A DNA stretch of 33,932 bases from NCBI GenBank assembly GCA_028702545.1, contig JAQVOQ010000001.1, forward strand, positions 1 through 33,932, read 5' to 3'. Positions 8,662 through 19,630 of this stretch are shown here, piece after piece. This DNA comes from Clostridia bacterium. Its GTDB lineage: Bacteria > Bacillota > Clostridia > Christensenellales > UBA1242. A model generated the notes under the pieces. It was not told where the DNA came from. It was given only the letters and a program-made list of their open reading frames with translations, and did no database searches. Within the stretch, counting starts at the first letter, position 1; the number at the start of each line of letters is the position of its first letter. The position numbers and the translations under genes are program-made.

Positions 8662-9747
8662 TTAATAACTTTCCTCAATAACTCCTCCGCCTAAGCAAAT
8701 ATCATCGTCATATAATACTACCCATTGTCCCGGCGTTATCGCTCTTTGGCGAGTGTCAAAATTAACTTTAACATAACCATTTTCCATTATGCTAATATTT
8801 ACTTTTTGGTCGGGTTGCCTATGCCTAAATTTTGCCGTACAAGCAAATTCTTTAACACTTGGCTCACCATTAATCCAATGAAAATTATAAGTAATAAGTC
8901 CATTTGTAAACAGTTTTTCGTGCTCGCCTTGATTAACATATAAAATATTATTTTTTAAGTCTTTTTCTATAACAAACCACCGCTCGCCACTGCCACCTTT
9001 AAGCCCGCCGATATTAAGCCCTCGCCTTTGCCCTAAAGTATAATACATAAGCCCTTCATGTTCGCCTACGATATTACCATCTAAATCTTTTATAACACCT
9101 TTTTTTGATGGCAAATAATTTTTTAAAAAGTCTCTAAATTTTCGCTCACCTATAAAGCAAATACCAGTAGAATCCTTTTTGTTTGCCGTATTTAAGTCAT
9201 TTTCTTTGGCAATTTTACGAAGCTCTGGTTTTGTCAAGTGCCCTACGGGAAAAAGTGTCATTTTTAACTGTTGTTCGTTTAATTGATTTAAAAAATAAGT
9301 TTGGTCTTTATTATCATCAACACCTTTTAACAAATAAGTATGACCGTTTTCGGTTTTTACTCTCGCATAATGGCCTGTTGCAATATAGTCTGCTCCAATT
9401 TTTTTTGCATAATCTAAAAATGGCCCAAATTTTATTTCTCTATTGCACAAAACATCAGGGTTTGGAGTTCTTCCTCTTTTATATTCTTCTAAAAAATTAT
9501 CAAAAACTCTGTCCATATATTCTTTGGCAAAATTAACTGTATAATACGGAATATTTAGTTTGTTACAAACTCTTTTAACATCTTCATAATCTTCTTCTGC
9601 CGTGCAATGCCCCGCATCATCTTCTTCTTCCCAGTTACGCATAAAAAGACCAATAATATTATAGCCTTGTTGTTTTAATAAAAGTGCGGCAACTGAAGAG
9701 TCCACGCCTCCACTCATACCAACGACAACTGTTTTATTGTTACTCAT
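8662..9747 (-). CDS. mnmA: tRNA-specific 2-thiouridylase
   Basis: PP-loop '[17 protein letters not shown]', '[14 protein letters not shown]', 'ATGHYAR', 'KDQTYFL' and '[10 protein letters not shown]'. Confidence 0.95.
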   Translation of the reverse strand: MSNNKTVVVGMSGGVDSSVAALLLKQQGYNIIGLFMRNWEEEDDAGHCTAEEDYEDVKRVCNKLNIPYYTVNFAKEYMDRVFDNFLEEYKRGRTPNPDVLCNREIKFGPFLDYAKKIGADYIATGHYARVKTENGHTYLLKGVDDNKDQTYFLNQLNEQQLKMTLFPVGHLTKPELRKIAKENDLNTANKKDSTGICFIGERKFRDFLKNYLPSKKGVIKDLDGNIVGEHEGLMYYTLGQRRGLNIGGLKGGSGERWFVIEKDLKNNILYVNQGEHEKLFTNGLITYNFHWINGEPSVKEFACTAKFRHRQPDQKVNISIMENGYVKVNFDTRQRAITPGQWVVLYDDDICLGGGVIEESY

Positions 9748-9752
9748 TAAAA

Positions 9753-10220
9753 TTATTTTCCTTTTTTAATATTTTTCTTTAAAACAACGGGCACTTTATA
9801 GCTTTTAAATACTAATCCTATCAAATCAAATACCCACATAATAAGTGTTATTGCATAAAGAATAGCTGTATAAAGCACTGCACTCATAAATTCTTGTGGC
9901 AGTACACCTGTAAAAACAAGCATAGAACCAATTAAACTTAAAACAAGCGAAAGTATATTAAACCAAGCTCTAAAAGTTTTATTTACATAAAAATTATGCA
10001 AACCAAACCAACCGCCAAAAACAGCTAAATAAAAAGTTTTTTTATAATCTAAATCACTCGGAAACTCAGTTGTACTAATAATTGCATCATAATTTCCTTG
10101 TTTTCTTGCAAGTTTAACAGCACTGTTGCTAGCAGTTTTTAACTCATTAAAATTAAAACCACAGGCGTCGCAAACAGCCTTATCTTTTTCTATTTTGCTA
10201 TAACATACCGGACACATCAT
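9753..10220 (-). CDS. zinc-ribbon plus TM2-domain membrane protein
   Basis: '[19 protein letters not shown]' is a zinc ribbon. '[19 protein letters not shown]' is a TM2-type motif, followed by TM helices. The start was moved to the 4th codon (ATG at 10220) because the AGGAG RBS abuts the track's first ATG. Confidence 0.6.
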   Translation of the reverse strand: MMCPVCYSKIEKDKAVCDACGFNFNELKTASNSAVKLARKQGNYDAIISTTEFPSDLDYKKTFYLAVFGGWFGLHNFYVNKTFRAWFNILSLVLSLIGSMLVFTGVLPQEFMSAVLYTAILYAITLIMWVFDLIGLVFKSYKVPVVLKKNIKKGK

Positions 10221-10299
10221 AAAAATCATCTCCTAAATAATACCTTATTATAACTTAGCCGTAAACTTTTGGCAAGTAACCACACTTTTTATTAAATAA

Positions 10300-10328
10300 A
10301 AAAGCACTTATTTTGTTTAAGCGCTTTT
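10300..10328 (-). terminator. Rho-independent terminator after gap
   Basis: Stem aaaagcactta / taagcgctttt (one G-U pair on the minus-strand RNA), followed by a U-run on the minus strand. Confidence 0.6.
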
Positions 10329-10342
10329 TATTTTGAAAATTT

Positions 10343-11371
<1,029 letters not shown>

Positions 11372-11428
11372 TTAAATTACTTATTTATTGTAATCAATAA
11401 TTGCGTTTTTGGCAAATAAAAAACCCGT

Positions 11429-12547
11429 CTAAACCAAATTTTCTGGATTTAATACTTTTAAAAACTCTGGCACAAATCTACCATCTTTTCTTATTAAGAC
11501 ATCATCAAAATAAATTTCGCCACCGCCATATTCACTTCTTTGAATTTGCACCAAATCCCAGTGAATAGCACTAACATTTCCGTTATCGGCATCTTTATAA
11601 GATGCGCCCGGTGTAAAGTGAATTGAGCCTGCAATTTTTTCATCAAACAAAATGTCCAGCATAGGCTCGTAAATATAGGGGTTAACGCCAAAACTAAACT
11701 CGCCAATATAGCGCGCTCCCTCGTCCATATTTAACACTTCTTGCAATTTTTTTGTGTTTGATGAGGTTGCATTTATAATTTTGCCGTCTTTGAATTCAAA
11801 ATAAATATTATCGTGTCTGATGCCCGAATGCGTGCTAGGCACATTATATTGAATATGCCCGTTAACACTATTTTTAACTGGTGCTGTGTAAACTTCACCA
11901 TCAGGAATATTCATTTTGCCCGCACACTTAATAGCCCTCATTCCTTTAATAGAAAACTCTAAATGAGTGTTTTTAGTTACAATTTTTACTTTATCAGTTT
12001 TTTCCATCAAATCTTTTAAGCTATTCATAGCTTCATCCATCTTAGAATAATTTAAGTTGCAAACATTAAAATAAAAATCTTCAAAATCTTCAGTTGATTT
12101 TCCTGCAAGTTGTGCAACGCCTTCTGTTGGATACCTAAGTATTACCCATTTTGTTTTTGTTACCCTAATATCTCTGTGTATTGGCTTTGAATAATACTCA
12201 GAATAAATTTTAATCTTTTCGTGCGGCACATTTGAGTATTCAAAAACATTATTGCCTCCACTTATTGCAATATAAGCATCCATAGCCTCCATTTGAGGTA
12301 TTATGTGCTCGGCTAGCAGTTTTGAATGCTCAACGCTTGTTCCAATTAACATCTCTTTTGTTACCTTACTGTTTTGTAGGCGTACAACAGGATATGCCCC
12401 CACTTTAAACGCTTCTTTAACTAGCTCGCTAACAAGCTGTACATCTTGCAAATCGTAGGCTTCAATTAAAACTTTTTCGCCCTTTTTTAAAGCGCAAGAA
12501 TAATTTATTATATTGCTTGCTAAAACCTTAACTCTTTCATCTAACAT
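11429..12547 (-). CDS. M29-family aminopeptidase (PepS/AmpS-like)
   Basis: 'IPDGEVYTAPV', 'ARYIGEFSFGVNP', 'FDEKIAGSIHFTPG' and 'HWDLV' fit the thermophilic metalloprotease (M29) family. Confidence 0.8.
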   Translation of the reverse strand: MLDERVKVLASNIINYSCALKKGEKVLIEAYDLQDVQLVSELVKEAFKVGAYPVVRLQNSKVTKEMLIGTSVEHSKLLAEHIIPQMEAMDAYIAISGGNNVFEYSNVPHEKIKIYSEYYSKPIHRDIRVTKTKWVILRYPTEGVAQLAGKSTEDFEDFYFNVCNLNYSKMDEAMNSLKDLMEKTDKVKIVTKNTHLEFSIKGMRAIKCAGKMNIPDGEVYTAPVKNSVNGHIQYNVPSTHSGIRHDNIYFEFKDGKIINATSSNTKKLQEVLNMDEGARYIGEFSFGVNPYIYEPMLDILFDEKIAGSIHFTPGASYKDADNGNVSAIHWDLVQIQRSEYGGGEIYFDDVLIRKDGRFVPEFLKVLNPENLV

Positions 12548-12621
12548 AAAAAAACTCCTTATATATTTTAAGTTTAGGTTTTGTATATTTAGTTATTAAT
12601 ATTCTTATTTTTTAAGGGTTT

Positions 12622-13437
12622 TTATAAATCGCCTCTTGATTTTATAATATCTTTAACGAGCAAATATCCACTTAATAAAATTGCTCCAATAGATAGTGCT
12701 AAAATTAAAAAGTAATAACCTATGCCATTATTTAAAGCCAATATAGCGTTAGTAAAAACTAATGATAATATTAAAAACAACAAACTAACAACTAATGAGG
12801 AAACACCTCTTTTAATATTGCTATTTTTAAAATCCAGCAATTTTAAATCTTGTTTATTTTGTTCTTCTAACAACTCTATCATTTCAATATTATAACCCGT
12901 CAAAGTGTCAAAGTTCCTAAGATATGCATTTTTGTCATTCAAACTCTTGATAACTTTTACTGCATCTTGGTTAAAATACTGAAAAGTATTGCTACATATT
13001 AAATCTTTTTGTAATCCTAAAAATTTTAGGTAACTATGGTAGGCTTTAATTAACAAATTAAATAAATATTTTTTAATTTTAGACTTTTTATATGTATTTT
13101 TATATAGCACTATATTATCCACTGATTTTTTGTCAAAAATTTTTGACAAAATTTGTTGCCAATTTTCATTTTCAAAATCTAAAATTATTACAGCACCCTC
13201 ACTAAGTTGTTCAAACCCTTTTGCGATTAAATGGTTACTCGCTTGAAAAGGCGTTTCAATCAATTTATAATTTTGTGAATTTCTGTAATTTTTGGGTTTT
13301 TCAAAACATTTGCATGCAACAAAAAATACATTAAACTCATCTTCATACTTTTTTAAAAAAGCCTTAAGTTGCTTAGTTTTTTTACTTAAATCATAATTGT
13401 TTGAAACGATAGGTATTATAATGTTAATTTTTTCCAT
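12622..13437 (-). CDS. hypothetical membrane protein. The N-terminal region faintly resembles a GT2 fold. It has C-terminal TM helices.
   Basis: The start was reassigned to the internal ATG at 13437 ('MEKINIIIPIVSNN'), which has an AGGAGA RBS. The C-terminus 'VSSLVVSLLFLILSLVF...YYFLILALSIGAILLSGYLLV' is hydrophobic. The family is not recognised. Confidence 0.45.
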   Translation of the reverse strand: MEKINIIIPIVSNNYDLSKKTKQLKAFLKKYEDEFNVFFVACKCFEKPKNYRNSQNYKLIETPFQASNHLIAKGFEQLSEGAVIILDFENENWQQILSKIFDKKSVDNIVLYKNTYKKSKIKKYLFNLLIKAYHSYLKFLGLQKDLICSNTFQYFNQDAVKVIKSLNDKNAYLRNFDTLTGYNIEMIELLEEQNKQDLKLLDFKNSNIKRGVSSLVVSLLFLILSLVFTNAILALNNGIGYYFLILALSIGAILLSGYLLVKDIIKSRGDL

Positions 13438-13563
13438 AATATTTCTCCTACTATCATTATAAATTATTTTTTTTTTATTTAAAAGTAAATTGACCACTAA
13501 ATTTGTTAGTAGTTATTAAAAAAATGTTTTATAATTAAAATATATTACAATAAGAGAGGTTTT

Positions 13564-14484
13564 ATGGGCTTAACTAACACAAAATTAATGCTAAACAACG
13601 CTTATAAAAAAGGCTATGCAATTGGAGCATTTAATTTTACTAATTTAGAACAATTGCAAGCAATTTTAGAAGTTTCTGTGCAGGAAAATAGTCCTGTTAT
13701 TGTGGCTACCTCCATTTCGGCAATAAAATATATGGGCTTAGATGTGCTTGTCGCTATGGTAAAAGCTTGCACAAAAAATTTAAAACAAAGCGTCGCACTC
13801 CATCTTGACCACGGCACAACTTTTGAACACTGTAAATCAGTAATAGATGCTGGTTTTACTTCCGTTATGATAGATGCTAGCAGTTTGAACTTTGACGATA
13901 ATGTATCCCTTACAAAGCGCGTCGTGGACTATGCTAGGTCATTCAATGTAACAGTGGAAGCAGAACTCGGCAAACTTGCCGGCATTGAAGATGACATTAG
14001 TAGTGCTTTTTCAAAATACACAGACCCTATGGATGCAAAAAAGTTTGTTGAACTAACGGGCGTTGATAGTTTGGCGGTGTCAATTGGCACGAGCCACGGA
14101 GCTTATAAATTTAGTGGCAAACCAAGTTTGCAAACAGAACTTTTGGCTCAAATAAAAAAACTATTGCCTAACACTCCCCTTGTTTTACACGGTGCGAGCG
14201 GTATATCTCAAGAATTACAGGATGGATTTTCTAAAAGTGGTGGTAGTTTAAGCGGTGCAAAAGGCATTAGTGACTCCCTTATAACAAAAGCTATTGAAAA
14301 TGGTATTGCGAAAATTAATGTTGATTCCGACCTTAGAATTGCATTAACAACTGGTGTAAGAGAGGCTTTAATTAATAAAGAAGAATTTAACCCGCGCACT
14401 TATATGTCAAATGGAAAAAATAAAATGAAAGAAATTTTAACTTATAAAATAAAAAATATATTTAATAGTAAAGATAAAAATTAA
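13564..14484 (+). CDS. fba: class II fructose-bisphosphate aldolase
   Basis: 'GYAIGAFNF.NLE', 'SPVIV', 'ALHLDHG', 'VEAELG', 'IGTSHGAYKF' and 'LVLHGASG'. Confidence 0.95.
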   Translation: MGLTNTKLMLNNAYKKGYAIGAFNFTNLEQLQAILEVSVQENSPVIVATSISAIKYMGLDVLVAMVKACTKNLKQSVALHLDHGTTFEHCKSVIDAGFTSVMIDASSLNFDDNVSLTKRVVDYARSFNVTVEAELGKLAGIEDDISSAFSKYTDPMDAKKFVELTGVDSLAVSIGTSHGAYKFSGKPSLQTELLAQIKKLLPNTPLVLHGASGISQELQDGFSKSGGSLSGAKGISDSLITKAIENGIAKINVDSDLRIALTTGVREALINKEEFNPRTYMSNGKNKMKEILTYKIKNIFNSKDKN

Positions 14485-14486
14485 AT

Positions 14487-14520
14487 AAAAAAAACTGTAA
14501 GTTTTGCTTACAGTTTTTTA
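14487..14520. terminator. bidirectional Rho-independent terminator between the convergent fba and 82-aa genes
   Basis: A-run, then stem ctgtaag / cttacag with loop ttttg, then a T-run. Confidence 0.7.
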
Positions 14521-14522
14521 TT

Positions 14523-14771
14523 TTAGTCTTCAATAATTTCTCTAATTTCTTTTATTTCTTCAAAACTTAGTGTCTCTAGCTTATTAATCATTTCTTTATA
14601 AGCTAATTTCAAAACTTCTGGATAATCTTTTCCATCTTGAACCTTAGTAGATGCAGACTTTGCAAGTGCCATAATATTAGCTTTTGTAGTTAATGGTCTT
14701 AACATAATAATGTCTTCTAAAACTATAAAACTAAGTTCTATCGCTTTTGTATTAATATCATTCATCATCAT
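14523..14771 (-). CDS. small acidic hypothetical protein (last gene of the T4SS-side block)
   Basis: 82-aa ORF with a GGAGGT RBS 9 nt upstream. It lies 38 nt downstream of the 633-aa gene and is probably co-transcribed. No family was recognised. Confidence 0.5.
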   Translation of the reverse strand: MMMNDINTKAIELSFIVLEDIIMLRPLTTKANIMALAKSASTKVQDGKDYPEVLKLAYKEMINKLETLSFEEIKEIREIIED

Positions 14772-14809
14772 TTTATTTTACCTCCATTTGCAATTATATT
14801 TCATCTAAA

Positions 14810-16711
14810 TTATCTTTCATTTGAACTGTCTTTTTCAGTTGTTTTAACAGCAGCTGATAACATCTTTTTAAAATGGGTATCTGGTGTTAAAGTACAATTA
14901 GATTTATAATAATAATCTTTAAATAATTTATAGCCTCTTACATGAAAATTGCCATCCCTGCATTGATATTCTTTAGGATTTTTATCAATATCTGCTATCA
15001 TTTCTTTATATAAAACATTTGCCACCTTATTCATATCAACGCCACTTTCTTGGCATTTTTCAATATAGCACTTGCTGTATCTCATTGCAGGAACTTGAGA
15101 TAATTTAATTTTTCCAAGTAGATTATCGGATAAAAACTTTCTTAATTTTTCTTTTGCTACTTCTGCATTTTTACCATTTTTATCCGTTAAAGGAATTTGA
15201 TCTGTTTTTGCTTCTGCTTTTGCCTCTGTTTTTTCTTTGTCAGTTAATTCTTTTTGTTTAGCGGCTTCTTTCATAAGTCTTTTATATAATTCTCTTTGTC
15301 TAATAATATCTTGTTCTGCAGAAGATATATTAACTTTTTCTTCCTCTTTATTAAACTCCTTTTGTGCTTTAAAGTCAAAAGAATATTCGGCTTTTGAAAA
15401 AATTAATTCATCAATAGATTGAGCATTTTTTACATTCCTGCCCGTTTTAGCATAAAGCTCTTGTAATTTGTCAAAATCTAATAAGCCTGCTTCTTGATAA
15501 TTATTTTTACTTACTTGCAAAACTTTTTCCGAAATATAAGGCAATATCCAACTAGAATGTATTTTTGGTATTCTTGCAAGTTGCATAGAAGCTTGAAGTT
15601 GCAAATGATCTTCAACTTTTTTAAATGTAGTGCCTTCCATATAAATTCTTGCTTGATTTATTGTGGATAATAATGAAATAACTTCATTTAATGTATTTTT
15701 ATATTCAATAAACTTTGCTTTATCTTTCTTTAAATTTTTATAAGGATTAAAATTTTCGCCTTCTTCATTAACTGTTCTAGAGATAAAAAATTTTTTTGCC
15801 TCCCTATAACTATCGTCAAAAATAAATAAGCGCTTTTTTGTTAAAGCTTTTTTATTTAATTTATACATAGCAGAAACAGCAATTTCAGTATTGCTCAAAC
15901 TCTCATCCGAAATTAAAATATTTTTTCTGTCTATTACAACATCATCGGCTTGTGCATAAATTTTAGTCGTCACATCAAGTTTATATTTTTTTGCTTTAAG
16001 CGATTCAATAAAAGCATCATATTTTGGAAAATTTCTCTCTTGCTCATTTAGAATTGGCTCATTAGTATAATAATCTTTAATTGGCATTTCTAAAATATTG
16101 TTATATTTATAAAACTGAACAGATGCCCAGTCATAAACAGGTTTTTCTATATCAGATGGATTTTCTTTGTTATAAAAAGATTTAGCATCTCTTGCCAAAA
16201 ACAAACCTTTTGCTCTAATATCTTCTTCAGTTAATAATTGGCTATTATCAATTTTGTTTTCTTGAATCCTCTTATATTGTGTTAGGGCAACAAAATCACT
16301 AGCACTGTATTTTTCTTGCTTAAATGCAACTCTTCGAGCTACTTTTTCAATTTGAGGCTTATATAATTCAAAAATACTTACCATTTCTTGATTTTTTGGT
16401 TCTATATCATAATCATAAGCTTCCGTAATAAAGCTAACTAATCCATCAAAAGTATTAAAAGGAATGCCGCTATATTTTGATAAAAAAACACCTGCATTTC
16501 TTTCGTTAATATTATTATCATGTAAAACTTTAACTACAATATTTTCCAAATTAGCGCCTGAATTGGCAATATCTTTATCTTCTTTACTCTCTCCAAGCAT
16601 AGTAAAAGCATCCCAGCCAGCATTATATAAATCTTCATATTTTTTTGGCATTGGACTGAAATGACCTCTATGTCTTAAAAATTGTTTTTCTTGTTTTTTG
16701 TTTAGTTCCAT
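14810..16711 (-). CDS. large cytoplasmic hypothetical protein associated with the T4SS cluster
   Basis: 633-aa ORF with an AGAGGT RBS. It has no TM segment or signal peptide. A Lys/Glu-rich coiled-coil segment ('RELYKRLMKEAAKQKELTDKEKTEAKAEAK') is followed by a C-terminal Cys/His cluster (C-x4-C ... C-x5-H). The family is not recognised. Confidence 0.6.
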   Translation of the reverse strand: MELNKKQEKQFLRHRGHFSPMPKKYEDLYNAGWDAFTMLGESKEDKDIANSGANLENIVVKVLHDNNINERNAGVFLSKYSGIPFNTFDGLVSFITEAYDYDIEPKNQEMVSIFELYKPQIEKVARRVAFKQEKYSASDFVALTQYKRIQENKIDNSQLLTEEDIRAKGLFLARDAKSFYNKENPSDIEKPVYDWASVQFYKYNNILEMPIKDYYTNEPILNEQERNFPKYDAFIESLKAKKYKLDVTTKIYAQADDVVIDRKNILISDESLSNTEIAVSAMYKLNKKALTKKRLFIFDDSYREAKKFFISRTVNEEGENFNPYKNLKKDKAKFIEYKNTLNEVISLLSTINQARIYMEGTTFKKVEDHLQLQASMQLARIPKIHSSWILPYISEKVLQVSKNNYQEAGLLDFDKLQELYAKTGRNVKNAQSIDELIFSKAEYSFDFKAQKEFNKEEEKVNISSAEQDIIRQRELYKRLMKEAAKQKELTDKEKTEAKAEAKTDQIPLTDKNGKNAEVAKEKLRKFLSDNLLGKIKLSQVPAMRYSKCYIEKCQESGVDMNKVANVLYKEMIADIDKNPKEYQCRDGNFHVRGYKLFKDYYYKSNCTLTPDTHFKKMLSAAVKTTEKDSSNER

Positions 16712-16789
16712 AAATACCTCTACCCTAAAGAGTTTTATTCATAAATAATATAACACAGCTTTATCAAAAATGCAATACCTAAAATAAAA

Positions 16790-16806
16790 GCACTTTTAAA
16801 AAGTGC
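16790..16806 (-). terminator. Rho-independent terminator after the virB4-like gene
   Basis: Stem gcacttt / aaagtgc with loop taa. On the minus strand UUUUAUUUU follows. Confidence 0.5.
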
Positions 16807-16812
16807 ATCTAT

Positions 16813-19482
16813 TTAATCGTTGTCTTCTACTTCTTCTTTTTTAAGTTTTTCAAACAAATCTCTAACCGGTGGCAAGGCGACAATACTAACCCTTGTCCTG
16901 CTTATTGGGCTAGTTATCAAGAAGGCTTCACCTCTACCAGCTGTTGCAATATTATCTTGCTCGTCTTCGTTAATTCCACCAGCGTTTCTATAAAGTGCTA
17001 CTAAATCGCTCATATCATTTGGTGATAAACCAAATATCATAGAGTATTGGCTCGCATTAATAACAGCAGCAGATTGTTTTGCAATTTCTTCACTACCAAC
17101 AAAGTCTTTAATATTTTGAGTGATTATTATCTGCATACCAGAATATTTTCTAATACGCTTAGCCATTGTTTCCATAAAGTTAAGTGCTATTGGATAATCT
17201 TTGTTAATAAATACGTGTGCCTCATCAACTGTTATAATAACCTTACGCCTATTAGGGTCTTCTTCTCCAAAGCCCATCATAGTGTTAAACTCTTTATTTT
17301 TGATAATTTCGTTGTTTAGATATCTCAAAACTAACATCATTTGTGCATTTGCTATAACCATATTATTGTTAGATAATAGCGACCTAAAACTAAATGTAAC
17401 AAAGTTTTCTTTAGTTTCTAGGGTTGTTAGTCCATTCCAAAGATTGGAGTTTCGTCCACCTGTTGAGAATTTTTGAATATAAGTTTCAATAATTTGATAC
17501 ATTCTTCTTATGTATTCATCTTTTTCTTCCTGAGCTTTTTTATCTATAATTTTATATAAATCATCAAATACTGGAAAGTCACTGGGCTTTAACTTGGTAA
17601 TATCAGTTGCCTGATTTATGCCTTTTGATGCGTACATATCAGATACTAAAGTATTAACTTTTTCAAAAGCATCCGATGAGATTCCTTGTAAAATTACCCT
17701 AAAAAATTGCTCTAAAAACTGAAGATGCGAAGAATAATCATCCGTCATCGTTACTCCTTCACCTTGAAGAGATGGCGTGATATGAAAAGGATTAATACGA
17801 CCTTGCAAACCCGTTCCAACGTCTATTGCTTGACCTTTAAGGTTTTCGGTTAAAATTTCATACTCATTTTCTGGGTCAAGAATAAATATTTTGCTGTTAT
17901 CTGCTGCTAAATTGCTAAGTAGAGTTTTGGTAGCAAAGCTTTTACCACTACCAGATTTACCAATTATCATCATATTAGAGTTAACGCGCTCGTTATCCCT
18001 TCTAAAAAAGTTTACAAAAACTGGTCCAAAATCGTTATGTCCTATATAAAATCCACCTTTATCCATAAGTGCACTGCTAATAAATGGGAAAGTAGCCGCT
18101 AGTGATGAGGTGTGAATACCTCTTTTGTTTTGATTTATAGTGTCCAGTCTGCTAATATTAGAACTTATAAAACAATCCACTTGCCTACCAAACATTTCCG
18201 TATATTTAAAACCCTCTTGCTTTAACAAGATTCTAACTTCCTTTTTCATCTCATCTTCACAAGTTATATAGATATTTACATCAAATAAATTCTCATTTCC
18301 TGTTTTTAATTCAACCAACAATTGCCTCAATGTAGAAAGGTGAGTTTCATTTTCAATTTGAGTACTTGTTTTAACAGAATATAATGTTTTTGTTTCCATT
18401 TCTACAAGCGCTTTATCTATCATTTTTTCTGCTTCATATTTTAATATTGGCTTAATATTAACTACTACTTTTGTATTAGGAAGTGCAAACATAGCATATG
18501 CCCATGCATTTCTAACCGTAATAGGATAATCTGTTATGCCAAAAGTACGATAAGATTTTTTATCTATAATAGTTTGATTCGCTTTAAAAGTAATATTTTT
18601 TGGCATTGTCCAATCAATAACTTTATCCATTGGCATACCTTCAAGTTCGCGCTCATCAAAGTCTTTTGTATAATTCGCCTTCAAAAACACTGCAAGCTGT
18701 TTATCTTGCAAATAATTAGTGTAAATAGGAATAGAACTATTGACCAAGTATCCAATAATACCATCAACAGTAGATTGTAAACCCAGTTTGTCGCTATCAT
18801 AAATAACCAAATAAAAATGGTCCCTATAAGTCCTCTCAACACTATTTATATAGTTCATAGTAGAAACACGGTTTTCAAAAACCATACTTCTAGCCTCAAC
18901 TTCTTCTTTTGAAATTTCGCCCCTATCGCCCATCTCTAAAACAACTTCATACTTACGGTCTTCATTTTGTATATAATCATCAAGAAGAAGTGGCTTATTA
19001 ACTTTTATCAAACTAGCCGTTTGTGAAGAATTAAGCCTACGAAGAGCATTTGCAAAGGTGTCAATTAACAAATTTTGCTTTTGTTCTGTCAATAAAAAGA
19101 ATTCTTTTGGTTTAATTTCTATTACTTGTGCAAAATAATTATCATATTTTATGTATTTACCGTTGACAATTTCTTTATATGGAATAAGCTCTTTAATATC
19201 GGTATGTTTATCTTCCTCTATTTTGCTATACTTTCTTTTAAATGCTGCAAATCTAAATAGTAGCACAAGCGAATAATAAAGTTTTAAATCATCTGTAACA
19301 GGTACAAATAAAGTAATTATTATACTAAGCCAGCTAACTGCAACGATAATATTATAATCAAAATTGGAACTCAAAATTAAAAGAAGTCCAGCGCCACCAA
19401 TTAACCCTAAAATAACATCAATTAATGTAACGCCTTTAAAGAATTCCATCTTTACTCTTGTTTTTCTTGGTATAAATCTCAT
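16813..19482 (-). CDS. VirB4/TrsE/TraE-like T4SS ATPase with a fused N-terminal two-TM (VirB3/PrgI-like) segment
   Basis: Walker A 'MMIIGKSGSGKSF'. 'IFILDPENEY'. Walker B 'KVIITVDEAHVFI'. 'MQIIITQNIKDF'. Residues ~18-75 contain hydrophobic helices (VILGLIGGAGLLLILS and IIVAVSWLSIIITLFV). Confidence 0.88.
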   Translation of the reverse strand: MRFIPRKTRVKMEFFKGVTLIDVILGLIGGAGLLLILSSNFDYNIIVAVSWLSIIITLFVPVTDDLKLYYSLVLLFRFAAFKRKYSKIEEDKHTDIKELIPYKEIVNGKYIKYDNYFAQVIEIKPKEFFLLTEQKQNLLIDTFANALRRLNSSQTASLIKVNKPLLLDDYIQNEDRKYEVVLEMGDRGEISKEEVEARSMVFENRVSTMNYINSVERTYRDHFYLVIYDSDKLGLQSTVDGIIGYLVNSSIPIYTNYLQDKQLAVFLKANYTKDFDERELEGMPMDKVIDWTMPKNITFKANQTIIDKKSYRTFGITDYPITVRNAWAYAMFALPNTKVVVNIKPILKYEAEKMIDKALVEMETKTLYSVKTSTQIENETHLSTLRQLLVELKTGNENLFDVNIYITCEDEMKKEVRILLKQEGFKYTEMFGRQVDCFISSNISRLDTINQNKRGIHTSSLAATFPFISSALMDKGGFYIGHNDFGPVFVNFFRRDNERVNSNMMIIGKSGSGKSFATKTLLSNLAADNSKIFILDPENEYEILTENLKGQAIDVGTGLQGRINPFHITPSLQGEGVTMTDDYSSHLQFLEQFFRVILQGISSDAFEKVNTLVSDMYASKGINQATDITKLKPSDFPVFDDLYKIIDKKAQEEKDEYIRRMYQIIETYIQKFSTGGRNSNLWNGLTTLETKENFVTFSFRSLLSNNNMVIANAQMMLVLRYLNNEIIKNKEFNTMMGFGEEDPNRRKVIITVDEAHVFINKDYPIALNFMETMAKRIRKYSGMQIIITQNIKDFVGSEEIAKQSAAVINASQYSMIFGLSPNDMSDLVALYRNAGGINEDEQDNIATAGRGEAFLITSPISRTRVSIVALPPVRDLFEKLKKEEVEDND

Positions 19483-19594
19483 AGAAAGCTCCTAAAATTT
19501 TGTAATATATATTTATTGTTCGTAAATTTTATAACATTATAAGTAATTATACTAAATATTTACAAAAAACACTACTAAATTAAACAGCAAAAAA

Positions 19595-19616
19595 AACCTT
19601 AAATTTCTTTAAGGTT
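19595..19616 (-). terminator. Rho-independent terminator after the VirB6-like gene
   Basis: Stem aaccttaaa / tttaaggtt with loop tttc, flanked by A- and T-runs. Confidence 0.65.
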
Positions 19617-19630
19617 TTTTAAAATTATTC

